Translations under genes and position numbers: made by a program
Notes under the pieces: model-generated
What the model was told of the DNA's origin: nothing
Databases searched by the model: none
The model's input: the letters and a program-made list of their open reading frames with translations, nothing else
DNA from: Acidobacteriaceae bacterium
GTDB taxonomy: Bacteria; Acidobacteriota; Terriglobia; Terriglobales; Acidobacteriaceae
Direction of reading: 5' to 3'
Assembly: GCA_030037545.1 (NCBI GenBank)
Contig: JASHRF010000105.1
Span: 264-64,263 of the forward strand
DNA: 64,000 bases
Shown here: piece after piece, positions 28,797 through 38,763 of the stretch
Layout: each line of letters opens with the position of its first letter
Position numbering within the stretch: the first letter of the stretch is position 1

Positions 28797-29666
28797 ATGC
28801 CGCAAATCTTTGAACGCAACTCCAATGCACTGGCTCGGATGAGCCTGGTGTTGACGGGGTTGATCGTGATTGCCCTGGGAGTCATGCTGGACCAACTGCA
28901 ACGCTCGCCGTGGGTGACGCGGCAGGGACAGCGCGCCGACCAGCCAGTGCCTTTCAGCCACAAGCATCACGTGCAGGGACTCGGCCTGCAGTGCCAGTAC
29001 TGCCACACCACAGTGGAGAAGTCGAGCTACGCCGGCATCCCGCCCACGCGCACCTGCATGAACTGCCACGCGCAGATCTGGACCAATGCGGCTCTGCTCG
29101 AACCGGTGCGCAATAGCTGGTACACCGGCGAGTCCATCCCCTGGATCCGCGTTCACGACCTGCCCGATTTCGTTTACTTCAATCACGAGATTCACGTGAA
29201 CAAGGGTATTGGCTGCGAGACCTGCCACGGCCGCGTGGACGAGATGCCGCTCATGTACAAGCAGAACACGCTGCAGATGGAGTGGTGCCTGGACTGCCAT
29301 CGCAACCCGGCCAAGAATCTGCGCCCCACCAGCCGGATTTACGACATGGCCTGGCGTTCGCCGGCGCCCGATCATCCGGTGTGGTGCGCAGCCACAGCGG
29401 CGCCGTCCGGAACTCCTACCGCGCAGACGGTGGACTGCACAACCAAGAATCCGAGTGGCAGCGCAGGCAGCGGGGAGATGGCCCTGCTGCAATCCCCGCC
29501 AGGCGCGGCCAATGCGCCTGCAGGCGATGTGGTTCCGGCCGCCGTGCCAGTTGCGCTCAATTATCAAAAATTCACCAGCCAGATGGATCTCGGTCATTTC
29601 CTGCTGGATCATTACAAGATCCGCAACTCCCGCGACCTGATGAGCTGCGAGGTGTGCCACCGATGA
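28797..29666 (+). CDS. actA: Alternative complex III pentaheme cytochrome c, ActA
   Basis: N-terminal TM; QPVPFSHKHH; five CxxCH (CQYCH, CMNCH, CETCH, CLDCH, CEVCH). Confidence 0.92.
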   Translation: MPQIFERNSNALARMSLVLTGLIVIALGVMLDQLQRSPWVTRQGQRADQPVPFSHKHHVQGLGLQCQYCHTTVEKSSYAGIPPTRTCMNCHAQIWTNAALLEPVRNSWYTGESIPWIRVHDLPDFVYFNHEIHVNKGIGCETCHGRVDEMPLMYKQNTLQMEWCLDCHRNPAKNLRPTSRIYDMAWRSPAPDHPVWCAATAAPSGTPTAQTVDCTTKNPSGSAGSGEMALLQSPPGAANAPAGDVVPAAVPVALNYQKFTSQMDLGHFLLDHYKIRNSRDLMSCEVCHR

Positions 29667-32600
29667 GCGGCGACAAGAACAAGACGAACACGGTGGAGAA
29701 CGCGATGGGGAATGCCGTGAATGAGAATACAGCCGGCGCGAACGGCTCACAGCCTATGTCGCTCGACGCGGTGCGTAACGAGCTCAAAGCGGTCAAGGGC
29801 GAGAAGCTTTCCACCCCGCAGACGAAGAAGGGATCCAGGCTTTGGCGGTCGATTGACGAGCTTGCCAATACGCCTGAATTCCAGGCTGCCGTGGAGAAGG
29901 AATTTCCTTCCGCGGCCCAGGAGTGGATCGATCCGGTTTCGCGCCGCGGCTTCCTTAAATTGATGGGCGCATCCATGGCGCTGGCGGGCATGGCCGGTTG
30001 CACCAAGCAGCCTGAAGAAACCATTTACCCCTACGTCCATCAGCCGGAGGATCTGGTTCTTGGCAAGCCGATGTATTTTGCTACCGCGCATCCGCTGCCG
30101 GTCGGCGCCACGCCGCTGCTGGTCAAGAGCAGTGAGTTCCGGCCCATCAAGGTGGATGGCAATCCCGAGCACCCTTACAACGCGGGATCGTCCGACGTGT
30201 TTGCGCAGGGCAGCTTGCTGGCTCTCTACGATCCGGACCGCTCGCAGCGCGTGCTCTACCGTGGCGAAAACCGGAACTGGGGCGAGTTTGTCCAGGCGCT
30301 TCAGGAAAAGGTGGCCTCGACCAAGGACGGGACCGGCATTTACTTCCTGAGCGCCACCATAACTTCGCCCACGCTGGCGCGGCAGTGGCAGCAAGTGCAG
30401 AAAGCCTATCCGAAGGCCAAGCTGGCGCAGTACGACCCGGCGATTGCGGGAACGACAGCGGAGAAGGGCGGCAATACTCAATACGATCTGAGCGCGGCCT
30501 CGGTGCTGGTTTCGCTGGACGCGGATTTCATCTCCAGCGCCTCCTACCCCGGCTTCCACAAGCTGGTGCGCGACTACGCCTTCGGCCGCAAGCAGCCGCA
30601 AAACGGCATGAACCGGCTCTACGCGATCGAGAGCTCGACCACCACAACGGGCATGAAGGCCGATCATCGGCTGGGATTGCGCGCCAGTGAGATTCCGGCG
30701 TTTGCCGCGGAACTGGCCAAGGCCGTGGGCGTGGCCGGCGTGAATCCGCCCGCCTACGCGTGGACCGATGAGCAGCAGAAATTTCTGGCCGCGCTGGTCA
30801 AGGACTTGAAGGCTAATGCCGGCAAGAGCGCGGTGATTCCCAGTCTCTATCAACCGCCGGTTGTAACCGACCTGGCGCTGGCCATCAACAATGCGCTTGG
30901 CAACGTTGGCAAAACGGTCTTCGTCACCGATGAGACTGTCAATCCGCTGCCCTCCAATCAGCTTGCCGATATCAAGGATCTGGTTGCCGACCTGAATGCG
31001 GGAAAAGTGGATTGGCTGATCATTCTCAATTCCAATCCCATTTACGACGCGCCCGCCGATTTGGATTTCCTGAGCGCCTTCAACAAGGCGAACATCGTCG
31101 TTCATCTCGGTTCACACGTGGATGAAACCGGCGAAAATGCGCACTGGCACATTCCGTCCGCGCATTATCTCGAATCGTGGACGGATGCGCGTGCCTATGA
31201 CGGAACGGTTTCCATCGTGCAACCCATGATAGATCCGCTTTACGGCGGCAAGCAGGTGCACGACTTTTTCCAGTTGCTGACCAATCAGCCTTTGGATAGC
31301 CCGCACGATGCAGTACGTGAGACATGGAAGCCAGTGCTTGGAAAAGGCGACCAGCAGGCCGATTTTGAAAAAGCATGGCGCAAGGCCCTGCATGACGGCT
31401 GGATTGCGGACACGGCCTTCAACAAGAATGGCAAAGCTGCAGTCGCACCTTTCAAGGGCGAGATTCCCGCGCCCACGCCCAAAGATTCCATCGAGATCAT
31501 CTACCGGCCCGATCCCAACGTGTATGACGGCCGATGGAACAACGTGGGCTGGCTCCAGGAGCTGCCTAAGCCGGTGACGAGCCTGAGCTGGGACAACGCC
31601 GCCATCATCTCCGGCGCCACGCTGACCAAGCTCGGCCTCGAAGAAGACGACATTGTCGAGCTGAGCGTAGGCAACGGCCGCGTGAAGGCTCCGGTGATTG
31701 TTGCTCCCGGCCATCCAGATAATTCCGTCACGGTCTACCTGGGCTACGGCCGCGAGTCCGCCGGGCGCGTCGGCTCGGGCATGGGCTTCAATGCATATTT
31801 GATCCGCAACACCTGGGCTCCGTTCTACGCCATTGGCAGCATCCGCAGAGTACCGGGCAAGTGGGGGATCGCCATCACCAAGAGCCACTACCAGGATCAC
31901 CGGGCGAAGTTCCTGCTCGGGCAGGGCACCGGCGACAATTCGCTCGAGGGGGATGAGGCGCTTGGTCCGCGCGGAATCATCCGCTATGCCACGCTCGATG
32001 AGTTCAAGGCTAATCCCAACTTCGCTCACGAAGGCGACACGCACGAGACCCCCAACCCCGGCACCTCGCTGTTCCCAAACTGGACCTATACGGAGAACGC
32101 GTGGGGCATGTCCATCGACATGAACAGTTGCGTGGGTTGCAATGCCTGCATCGTGAGCTGTTATGCCGAGAACAACATCGCGGTGGTGGGCAAGCAACAG
32201 GTGCGCATCGGGCGCAACATGCAGTGGATCCGCATCGACACCTATTTTGAAGGCGATCTGGCCGCACCCCGCGCGCATTTCCAGCCCATGCTCTGCCAGC
32301 AGTGCGAAAACGCGCCCTGCGAGCAGGTTTGCCCGGTGGGGGCCACGGTGCACTCGGCCGAAGGCCTGAATATGATGGTGTACAACCGTTGCGTGGGCAC
32401 CCGCTACTGCTCCAACAATTGCCCATACAAGGTGCGCCGCTTCAACTTCCTGCTCTACTCCGATTACGAAACCGAGAGCCTGAAGCTGATGCGCAATCCC
32501 GACGTCACAGTACGCTCGCGCGGAGTCATGGAGAAGTGCAGCTATTGCGTGCAGCGCATTCAAGAAGCGAAGATCGAGGCCGACAAGGAAAACCGGCCGA

Positions 32601-32836
32601 TCCGCGACGGCGAGATCGTGACGGCCTGCCAGCAGGCCTGCCCGGCATCAGCCATTACCTTCGGCAACCTGAACGACAAAACAAGCCGCGCGGCCAAACT
32701 GCGCTCCATGCAACGCAGCTATCAGGTCATCGCGGACATCAACACGCGTCCGCGCACCACCTACGTGGCTGAAGTGTTGAATCCGAATTCCGAACTCGAA
32801 ACCACGCCGACAGAAATCATGCCGGCAAAGGGTTAA
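29663..32836 (+). CDS. actB: Alternative complex III ActB (Tat-exported molybdopterin-oxidoreductase-like domain + Fe-S domain)
   Basis: Extended N-terminus, then SRRGFLKLM...LAGMAGC; CVGCNACIVSC, CQQCENAPCEQVCP, CVGTRYCSNNCP, KCSYC; ATGA overlap. Confidence 0.92.
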   Translation: MSGDKNKTNTVENAMGNAVNENTAGANGSQPMSLDAVRNELKAVKGEKLSTPQTKKGSRLWRSIDELANTPEFQAAVEKEFPSAAQEWIDPVSRRGFLKLMGASMALAGMAGCTKQPEETIYPYVHQPEDLVLGKPMYFATAHPLPVGATPLLVKSSEFRPIKVDGNPEHPYNAGSSDVFAQGSLLALYDPDRSQRVLYRGENRNWGEFVQALQEKVASTKDGTGIYFLSATITSPTLARQWQQVQKAYPKAKLAQYDPAIAGTTAEKGGNTQYDLSAASVLVSLDADFISSASYPGFHKLVRDYAFGRKQPQNGMNRLYAIESSTTTTGMKADHRLGLRASEIPAFAAELAKAVGVAGVNPPAYAWTDEQQKFLAALVKDLKANAGKSAVIPSLYQPPVVTDLALAINNALGNVGKTVFVTDETVNPLPSNQLADIKDLVADLNAGKVDWLIILNSNPIYDAPADLDFLSAFNKANIVVHLGSHVDETGENAHWHIPSAHYLESWTDARAYDGTVSIVQPMIDPLYGGKQVHDFFQLLTNQPLDSPHDAVRETWKPVLGKGDQQADFEKAWRKALHDGWIADTAFNKNGKAAVAPFKGEIPAPTPKDSIEIIYRPDPNVYDGRWNNVGWLQELPKPVTSLSWDNAAIISGATLTKLGLEEDDIVELSVGNGRVKAPVIVAPGHPDNSVTVYLGYGRESAGRVGSGMGFNAYLIRNTWAPFYAIGSIRRVPGKWGIAITKSHYQDHRAKFLLGQGTGDNSLEGDEALGPRGIIRYATLDEFKANPNFAHEGDTHETPNPGTSLFPNWTYTENAWGMSIDMNSCVGCNACIVSCYAENNIAVVGKQQVRIGRNMQWIRIDTYFEGDLAAPRAHFQPMLCQQCENAPCEQVCPVGATVHSAEGLNMMVYNRCVGTRYCSNNCPYKVRRFNFLLYSDYETESLKLMRNPDVTVRSRGVMEKCSYCVQRIQEAKIEADKENRPIRDGEIVTACQQACPASAITFGNLNDKTSRAAKLRSMQRSYQVIADINTRPRTTYVAEVLNPNSELETTPTEIMPAKG

Positions 32837-32843
32837 ATCCGCG

Positions 32844-34259
32844 ATGGCGACCAGCAAAGTCAACCTGAAAGACCGCGTGGATCCCGCAACCGGTGAATAC
32901 CGTGTCATTGCGCCGGGTGAGACCTTCCGGTCGGTCACCGAAAAGATCACGCGCATCGTGCTCACCCCGCATACGCCGCTGGGCTGGTTTGCGTATTTTG
33001 CCGTAGCCGGGGCGGGGGCCACCATGCTCATGGTGGCGTTGTGCTGGCTGTTCCTCAAAGGCGTGGGCATCTGGGCCATTACGCAGCCGGTGGCCTGGGG
33101 ATTCGCGATCATCAACTTCGTTTGGTGGATCGGCATCGGCCACGCGGGCACGCTGATTTCGGCCATTCTGCTGCTCTTCAAGCAGAGCTGGCGCAATTCC
33201 ATCAGCCGCTTTGCCGAAGCCATGACCATCTTCGCCGTGGCCTGTGCGGCGCTCTTTCCAGTCATCCATGTCGGCCGTCCCTGGCTGGGGTATTGGCTGT
33301 TCCCGCTGCCGTTTACCATGACGGTGTGGCCGCAGTTCCGCTCCCCGCTGATGTGGGACGTCTTCGCGGTTTCGACATACGCGACGATTTCGGTGGTCTT
33401 CTGGTACATCGGCATGGTGCCGGACTTCGGCACCTTCCGCGATCGCGCTCAGTCGAAGTTTGCGCAGTACATCTACGGGATTCTTTCCTGGGGCTGGCGC
33501 GGATCGGCTCGCCACTGGATGCGCTATGAAACGGCCTCGCTGCTGCTGGCCGGTTTGGCTACGCCGCTGGTGCTCTCGGTACACACCGTCATCAGCTTCG
33601 ATTTCGCCGTGGCCGTGCTGCCCGGCTGGCACACCACCATTTTCCCACCTTACTTTGTCGCCGGGGCCATCTACTCCGGCTTCGCCATGGTGCTCTCGTT
33701 GGCGATTCCGTTGCGCAAGTACTACCACCTGGAAGCGCTGGTCACGGAGCGGCACATTGATAACTGCGGCAAGGTCATGCTGGTCACCGGCTTCATTGTG
33801 GCCTACGGCTACGGGATGGAAGCTTTTATGGCCTGGTACTCCGCCGATCACTGGGAGGCGTTCACCTTCTGGAATCGCGCCTTCGGACCCATGGGCTGGG
33901 CCTACTGGTGTCTGATTACCTTCAACCTCGCGATTCCGCTGACGACGCTGTGGTCGCGCAAGCTGCGCACCAACATCACTTTCATGTTCATCATCTCGCT
34001 GGTCGTGAACACGGGAATGTGGCTTGAGCGATTTGTCATCATCGTGACCAGCTTGACTCGCGACTTTCTGCCCTCGGCGTGGGGCACCTATCGCGCTACG
34101 AAGTGGGACTACATGACCTTCTTCGGCACGGTAGGGTTCTTTGTCTTTATGTTCCTGCTGTTTGTGCGCTTCCTACCCATGATTCCCATGAATGAAATAC
34201 GCCTGTTGCTGCCCGGAGCCAAGATCAGGCCCAAGACGGGACCGGAGGTGATTCGATAA
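32844..34259 (+). CDS. actC: Alternative complex III ActC (NrfD family, quinol site)
   Basis: INFVWWIGIGHAGTLISAIL, HVGRPW, QFRSPLMWD and LVLSVHT. Confidence 0.93.
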   Translation: MATSKVNLKDRVDPATGEYRVIAPGETFRSVTEKITRIVLTPHTPLGWFAYFAVAGAGATMLMVALCWLFLKGVGIWAITQPVAWGFAIINFVWWIGIGHAGTLISAILLLFKQSWRNSISRFAEAMTIFAVACAALFPVIHVGRPWLGYWLFPLPFTMTVWPQFRSPLMWDVFAVSTYATISVVFWYIGMVPDFGTFRDRAQSKFAQYIYGILSWGWRGSARHWMRYETASLLLAGLATPLVLSVHTVISFDFAVAVLPGWHTTIFPPYFVAGAIYSGFAMVLSLAIPLRKYYHLEALVTERHIDNCGKVMLVTGFIVAYGYGMEAFMAWYSADHWEAFTFWNRAFGPMGWAYWCLITFNLAIPLTTLWSRKLRTNITFMFIISLVVNTGMWLERFVIIVTSLTRDFLPSAWGTYRATKWDYMTFFGTVGFFVFMFLLFVRFLPMIPMNEIRLLLPGAKIRPKTGPEVIR

Positions 34260-34801
34260 TGCCGGCACGCGAAGGAACCTACGGCCTGCTGGCCGAATTC
34301 GATACCCCGGGCGACCTGGTGCGGGCCGCGCGGCAGGCTTACCAGGACGGCTGGCGGCGGCTGGATTGCTACACGCCCTATCCGATCGAGGAAGCGGCCG
34401 AAGCCATCGGTTTTCACCGCAACAAGGTGCCGCTCGTGACACTTATCGGCGGACTGATGGGCGGAGCGGCCATGTTTGCGCTGGAAACCTGGATCTCGGT
34501 ACTGGCTTATCCAATCAATTCCGCGGGCCGGCCTACGTATTCCTGGCCGGCATTCATCGTGCCCGCGTACGAATGGACCATTTTATGGGCCGGACTTTCG
34601 GCTGGCTTCTGTATGCTGGCGCTCAACCATCTGCCTGCGCTCTACCATCCGCTCTTCAATGCGCCTAATTTCCGCGATGGCGCCACGACCGACAAGTTTT
34701 TCCTCTGCCTCGAGGCGCTCGATCCCAAATTCGACCTGGTGCAGTCGAGGAGTTACCTGGAAGGCTTCAAGCCGCTCTCCGTGGTGGAGGTGGAGTACTG
34801 A
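34259..34801 (+). CDS. actD: Alternative complex III ActD (DUF3341)
   Basis: GLLAEFD, DCYTPYPI, two TMs, WPAFIVPAYE; position in operon. Confidence 0.9.
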   Translation: MPAREGTYGLLAEFDTPGDLVRAARQAYQDGWRRLDCYTPYPIEEAAEAIGFHRNKVPLVTLIGGLMGGAAMFALETWISVLAYPINSAGRPTYSWPAFIVPAYEWTILWAGLSAGFCMLALNHLPALYHPLFNAPNFRDGATTDKFFLCLEALDPKFDLVQSRSYLEGFKPLSVVEVEY

Positions 34802-35685
34802 TGAAGAGCAGGGACCAAGGGAACAAAGGAACAAGGGAACGAGCCAACGAGAGAGCCAGGGAGGAAAGATTCCCGTGCCCCATTCTTGCCACTTCTTTTT
34901 GTCGCAAGGGTGGGAGGGCTCGATCTCTCGCTGCTTGCGCAGCGGCGTTGTCGGCCGCCGCAGTTCTGCTGTTTGCCGCCGGATGCCGCTCGGACATGCA
35001 GCAGGAGCCCAAGATGATTCCGCAGCGCGGCTCGGATTTCTTTGCCGATCATCGCGGCGCCCGCCCGCAGGTGGTAGGCACGGTGGCGCGCGAACAGGGA
35101 GACGAAGACAGCTATTTCTACACCGGCGTGGTGCAGGGTCCGAACGGCTACCGTGAAGAGCAGAACCTGATGCCGTTCCCGGTAACCATGGAGGTGCTGC
35201 GCCGGGGCCAGGAGCGTTTCAATATCTACTGCACGCCGTGCCACTCGCGCGTGGGCAACGGGCTGGGCATGATCGTGATGCGCGGCTACAAGCCGGCCGC
35301 CAATCTCCACGATCAGGTGCGTTTGGCGCAGCCGGTTTCGCACTATTTCTATGTTATGACTCACGGCTACGGCGCGATGCCTGACTACTCGGCGCAGATT
35401 ACGCCTGTGGATCGCTGGGCAATTGCAGCTTACATTCGCGCCCTGCAACTCAGCCAGGCGGCGACCATGCAGGACGTGCCCGCGGGCGTGCAGGTGAAGA
35501 GCCTGAAGAGCATCGCGCAGCAGCAAGGGCTACCGGCCGGCTTTGCCGAGCCATGGGCGCTGCCCGCTACGGCGATTGAGTCCAAGACTGTGCCCAGCGA
35601 GGGAACACCGGCCATGGCTCCGGCGGGTCTGGAGAACCCCAAGGTTTCAATACCCGTGAGCAAGGCTACGCCGCCGGCGCATTAG
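34801..35685 (+). CDS. actE: Alternative complex III ActE monoheme lipoprotein; N-terminus is repeat-derived
   Basis: FAAGC lipobox, RSDMQQEPK, CTPCH, GAMPDY and DRWAIAAYIRALQ; TGATG overlap. Confidence 0.88.
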   Translation: MKSRDQGNKGTRERANERAREERFPCPILATSFCRKGGRARSLAACAAALSAAAVLLFAAGCRSDMQQEPKMIPQRGSDFFADHRGARPQVVGTVAREQGDEDSYFYTGVVQGPNGYREEQNLMPFPVTMEVLRRGQERFNIYCTPCHSRVGNGLGMIVMRGYKPAANLHDQVRLAQPVSHYFYVMTHGYGAMPDYSAQITPVDRWAIAAYIRALQLSQAATMQDVPAGVQVKSLKSIAQQQGLPAGFAEPWALPATAIESKTVPSEGTPAMAPAGLENPKVSIPVSKATPPAH

Positions 35686-35739
35686 GGCCGGGAAGCAGGG
35701 ACCAGGGACTAGAGGATCAGGGAGTAAGGGACAAGGAAA

Positions 35740-37047
35740 ATGGCACACGATTCACACGCGTCATCGCACGCAAAACAGCTCCCCGTCGAACTGGGTGCGC
35801 CGGCGTTTGTAGACGGCTGGCGAAATCGCGCGCTCCTCATCGGCGTGATCTTCTCGGTAATCGCCGTGATCCTGGCGTTTCTGGCGCAGGCAGTCGATCC
35901 CGAGCATCTGGGCTGGGCTCATTTTCTGCGCGCCTGGACGCTAGGCCTGACGCTTACCTGGGGATTTTCGATTGGCGGGCTGACCATGCTCATGGTGCAA
36001 TACTGCTCGGGCGGCAAGTGGGGACTGCTGCTGCGCAGGCCTCTCGAAGCCATGAGCCGCACTTGGCCCTTGATCGTCCTCTACTTTCTGGTGGTTGCCA
36101 TCTTCGTCAAGCGGCTTTATCTATGGGCGAAGATCAGCGATCCTGAAGCGGCTCTGCGCTCCCACCTCATCAGCGAAATCCAGGCCCACTGCATCGCGTT
36201 CAAACGGCCCATGCTGAATATCGGCGCGTTCTGGTGGGTGAGCCTGCTCTGCTTCGCCATCTGGGCATTTTATGCTATACGGCTGAACGCACTGGGCCTG
36301 AAGCGCGATACGCAGGGCCCGGAAACCATTCCGTACTGGATCAAGAAGTTTGAGAACATCAGCGGTCTCGGCATACTGATCTACTCGATTACCATGACCG
36401 CCTGCGCCATTTACTGGGTAATGTCGATGGACGTGACATGGTTCTCGACCGTCTATGGCCTGCTGTACCTCGTCGAGCAGGGCTTCCAGGTGCTGGCCTT
36501 CGCCATCATCGTTGTGCTGTCCCTCTCCAAAGCCGAGCCCTTCAAGACCATCCTGCGCCAGACCGAGCAGCACGACCTGGGCAAGCTCACCTTTGCTTTT
36601 GTGATGCTGAACATCTACCTCGCCTTCGGCCAGTTCCTGATCATCTGGTCGGGTAACCTGCCGCTGGAGATCAACTGGTATCTGGATCGCATTCGCGGCG
36701 GCTGGGGCGTGATCATCACGCTCGACTTCATCTTCCACTGGCTGGTGCCGTTTACGCTACTGCTCTCGCGCAATCTGAAGCGCAACAAGCGGCGCCTGGT
36801 TCTGGTCTGCCAGTTCATGATCTTTGCCGTGGCGTTCAACCTGTTCTGGCTCATCGAACCCAATTTCAAAGACGCGGCGCGCAACCTGCATTTCAGCTGG
36901 GGAATTCTCGAGTACATCGCCGTGCCGGTGGCCATGACCGCGTTCTGGGTTGCTTATTTCTGCAGGCAACTGAAGGCCCGGCCGCTGGTGGCCGTCAACG
37001 ATCCGCATCTGGCGGAGATTCTGGAGCCTGAGCATGCCATCGCATAA
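35740..37047 (+). CDS. actF: Alternative complex III ActF
   Basis: 10-TM protein; WVMSMDVTWFSTVYG, HDLGKL and QFLIIWSGNLPLE. Confidence 0.88.
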   Translation: MAHDSHASSHAKQLPVELGAPAFVDGWRNRALLIGVIFSVIAVILAFLAQAVDPEHLGWAHFLRAWTLGLTLTWGFSIGGLTMLMVQYCSGGKWGLLLRRPLEAMSRTWPLIVLYFLVVAIFVKRLYLWAKISDPEAALRSHLISEIQAHCIAFKRPMLNIGAFWWVSLLCFAIWAFYAIRLNALGLKRDTQGPETIPYWIKKFENISGLGILIYSITMTACAIYWVMSMDVTWFSTVYGLLYLVEQGFQVLAFAIIVVLSLSKAEPFKTILRQTEQHDLGKLTFAFVMLNIYLAFGQFLIIWSGNLPLEINWYLDRIRGGWGVIITLDFIFHWLVPFTLLLSRNLKRNKRRLVLVCQFMIFAVAFNLFWLIEPNFKDAARNLHFSWGILEYIAVPVAMTAFWVAYFCRQLKARPLVAVNDPHLAEILEPEHAIA

Positions 37048-37720
37048 CCCCCCTTCTAACAACAACGACCTGCCTGGGGGCGGCGGCCGCTTACCCGAGC
37101 ACATTCCCGGCGGCCGGGAGCCGGAAGCGGTCGACATCTCGGCCGGTTACGAAGTCAGCGACGTCAAGGTCACCGGTATCGTCGTTTTCCTGGTGGCGCT
37201 GGGCACCTTCGTGGTAGTGACGGCGCTGCTCTGCTATGGCATTGGCGCGGCCATCAACGCGCACCTGAACAAGGAGGACGGCCCGACCAACAAATGGAGC
37301 CAGACCGTAAATATTCGCCAGCTCGGGAATATGCCTTCGAACCCGGAGATGCAGAACAAGGTGGCGGAGTTGACGCAAAGCTTTCCCACGCCGCGCCTGC
37401 AGGCGGATGACGGCAACCAGGACCTGGCCGAACTGCACGAACGTGAAGATCTGCTCCTTGACCATTACAGCTGGATCGATCGGTCCAAAGGCACGGTGAG
37501 GATTCCCATAGAGCGCGCGATGGAGCTGATTGCGCAGCGTGGTTTGCCGGTGGCGCCGAAGGTTCCGACGGAGCCGCTAATGGTAGGCGATATCCGTCCT
37601 GTGGTTACGGCGCCGCTTACCGATGGCTTTTCGCCCACCGCGTATGAGCAAGAGATGCCGGCGGTTCAGGGCGACAACGTTGGCGATCAACCCGGCTCCG
37701 GCAAGGCCGGCGTGGAGTAG
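37034..37720 (+). CDS. ActG-like single-TM subunit
   Basis: GYEVSDV, one TM, PTPRLQ, YSWID...VRIPIERAM; lies between actF and SCO. Confidence 0.75.
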   Translation: MPSHNPPSNNNDLPGGGGRLPEHIPGGREPEAVDISAGYEVSDVKVTGIVVFLVALGTFVVVTALLCYGIGAAINAHLNKEDGPTNKWSQTVNIRQLGNMPSNPEMQNKVAELTQSFPTPRLQADDGNQDLAELHEREDLLLDHYSWIDRSKGTVRIPIERAMELIAQRGLPVAPKVPTEPLMVGDIRPVVTAPLTDGFSPTAYEQEMPAVQGDNVGDQPGSGKAGVE

Positions 37721-37793
37721 TTTGCGGCGGAGAGCTTCCACAGCAATGCGAGACCGCGCCGGACCAAAGCCGCCGCGGAAAGGAACAGAGGAA

Positions 37794-38759
37794 ATGAGAA
37801 GCACAGACACAATCCGGAGAAGCTGGCACAGGATGGCGATGGCCGTCGCGGCAGCGATCGGGCTGTGCCTTGCCATGGCCGCGCCTTGGTTGCGCGCGCA
37901 GACCTCCGATTACGGGCCCAAGGGATTGTCCGCCATGACCAGTGCCATGAGCGAAAAAGGCGGGCAAGTGGATACCACTCCCGGAATCCTCAGCAAGGTG
38001 GGCATCGCGCAGCGCCTGAACGCGCAGTTGCCGCTCGACCTTACGTTCACCGATGACACCGGTAAAACGGTTCCATTGAGCACGTACTTCGGCAAGCTGC
38101 CCGCGCTCTTCACGCTGGTTTACTACCGCTGCCCGATGCTGTGCTCGGAAGAGCTGGAGGGCATGACCAGCGCTCTGAAGATGATCAATTTCAGGCCCGG
38201 CAGGGATTTCAACATCATCGTCATCAGCATCGATCCAACCGAAACCCCGGCCATGGCAGCGGCCAAGAAACAAGAGTATTTGAAGATGTATGGGCACCCG
38301 GAGACCGCCAACGGCTGGCACTTCATGACCGGGACGCAGCAGAACATCGACCAGATCGCCGCCGCAGCGGGATTCAAATACGTGAAGCTGAAGGTTCCGG
38401 GGACCAATCTGATGCAATTCGCACATGCCAGCTCGCTTGAGATTGTGACTCCGCAGGGCAAGCTCGCCCAATACTACATGGGCGTGGAGTACTCGCCCAA
38501 GGACATGCTGCTGGGGTTGGACGAAGCCTCGAATAATCGCATCGGCTCGCCGGTCGACAACATTTTGACTTACTGCTACCACTACGATCCAACCACCAAC
38601 ACCCACGATCTGATCATTTCGCGCATCATCCAACTCGGCGGGCTCCTGACGCTCCTGCTTTTAGGCGGATTCATGCTGGTGATGTTTCGCCGCGATTTTA
38701 CGCTCGGCCACGCCCAGAGAGCGGGCGCAAGGGAAACGGCAGAGAAGGTGAACGGATAA
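37794..38759 (+). CDS. SCO1/SenC-family copper chaperone
   Basis: YYRCPMLC (CxxxC), FAHAS His, C-terminal TM. Confidence 0.9.
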   Translation: MRSTDTIRRSWHRMAMAVAAAIGLCLAMAAPWLRAQTSDYGPKGLSAMTSAMSEKGGQVDTTPGILSKVGIAQRLNAQLPLDLTFTDDTGKTVPLSTYFGKLPALFTLVYYRCPMLCSEELEGMTSALKMINFRPGRDFNIIVISIDPTETPAMAAAKKQEYLKMYGHPETANGWHFMTGTQQNIDQIAAAAGFKYVKLKVPGTNLMQFAHASSLEIVTPQGKLAQYYMGVEYSPKDMLLGLDEASNNRIGSPVDNILTYCYHYDPTTNTHDLIISRIIQLGGLLTLLLLGGFMLVMFRRDFTLGHAQRAGARETAEKVNG

Positions 38760-38763
38760 AGGA

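Noticed and set aside
29282-29662. ActB N-terminal extension overlapping actA
   Set aside because: The ATGA-coupled start at 29663 explains the gene; there is no evidence of a frameshift fusion
29663-32836. Stand-alone molybdoenzyme or polysulfide reductase
   Set aside because: The operon context identifies ActB, whose molybdopterin-like domain lacks the cofactor in characterised ACIII complexes
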